A stretch of 64,000 bases of DNA from Ruditapes philippinarum (Eukaryota). Within the stretch, counting starts at the first letter, position 1, and every line of letters begins with the position of its first letter. The DNA lies in contig NW_026857904.1 of NCBI RefSeq assembly GCF_026571515.1, positions 1 to 64,000 of the forward strand, written 5' to 3'. A program made the translations under genes and the position numbers. The notes beneath the pieces are model-generated. The model saw nothing but the letters and a program-made list of their open reading frames with translations, was not told the origin of the DNA and searched no databases. This document shows positions 62,922 to 64,000 of this stretch, one piece after another.

Positions 62922-64000
62922 TTATGCCCCCGCCATGTAATGGCCGGGGCATATAGTGTTACCCTGTTCCGTCCTTCCGTCATTCTGTCCTTCCGTCATT
63001 CTGTCATTCCGTCATCATCAGTTTCCGTTCATTATCTTAGTAACGGTTGCACACATTCAACTCAAATTTGACATATGGATATGTCGTGAGAAAATACAGG
63101 TCAAGTTCGAATTTGGTCATGGTTCAATGATTTTTGGTAGAGTTATGCTCCTTTCACTTTGAATATAATATGAAATTTTCAGTTTCCGATCATTATCTCC
63201 CCAATGGTACAACACATTCAACTCAAACTTGACATATGGATACGTCACAGGAATGTGCAGGTCAAGTTCAAAGTTGGTCATGGTTCAATGATTTTTGGCA
63301 GAGTTATGCCCCTTTCACTTTGAAAATAATATGAAATTTTCAGTTTCTGTTTATTATCTCCCCAACGGTACAACACATTCAACTCAAATTTGACATATGG
63401 ATTTGTTTTTAGAATGCCCAGTCCAAGTTGGAATTTGGTCATGGTTCAATGATTTTTGGCAGAGTAATGCCCCTTTCACTTTGAAAATAATATGAAATTT
63501 ACAGTTTCTATTCATTATCTACCCAACAATTCAAATTTGACATATGGATATGTCAAAGGAATGGGCAGGTCAAGTTGGAATTTGGTCATGGTTTGATGAT
63601 TTTTTGGCAGAGTTATGTCCCTTTCACTTTGGAAATAATATAGATACATCTTAGGAATAAGCAGTTTAAGTTTAAATTTGGTCGTGGTTCAATGATTTTG
63701 GACAAACTTATCTTTCTTGAATGTTGGAAAAATTTTGAACTTTCAGTTTCAGCACTGAAACGATGTAGCCATTATTTTGGCTACAAATATGAAATATGCT
63801 ATTTTCAAAAGGTTTAGACTGAATAATTTCAGTGCCTTGAACATTGTATGAAAATGGTTTGTGTTAACATTGAAAAGTTTTAAGGGCTTTGAACTTAAAA
63901 TGAAAAAAATAATTTGTGCAAACAAATTTAGAACTAAATATTATAACATCTGAAATTTTGGCTGCATGCGGGGATATCCGTGGCATGATGACACATTTCT
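62922..64000 (+). mobile_element. HINE-type element with ~160-bp tandem repeats
   Basis: TATGCCCCCG...CGGGGCATA hairpin, (TCCG/TCTG) microsatellite, units near 63020, 63180, 63340, 63500, 3' GCGGGGATAT at the window end. Confidence 0.75.

Overview
AT-rich, intron-containing animal DNA. The repeat families suggest a bivalve mollusc (inference). Five host genes are supported: the 3' part of PIGU (+, 6 exons), a complete 5-exon HSDL2-like short-chain dehydrogenase ending in the peroxisomal signal SKL (-), an intronless 1050-aa hydantoinase-A/oxoprolinase + DUF917 fusion (+), a complete 12-coding-exon FEN1 (-), and the first three exons of DDX27 (+), head-to-head with FEN1 across 259 bp that contain an E2F site. 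The rest is dense with repeats: a near-intact DD34D mariner, several Helentron/HINE-type elements carrying 145-180 bp tandem arrays (some nested), TA- and TTAA-target MITEs, tRNA-derived SINEs and minisatellites. The two best leads are the intronless hydantoinase-DUF917 fusion (candidate animal thiohydantoin/ergothioneine-catabolic enzyme) and a tandemly duplicated pair of H/ACA snoRNAs (4 copies) in FEN1 intron 6. Exon models, folds and rRNA target matches were made by eye and from recalled sequences; no searches were run.
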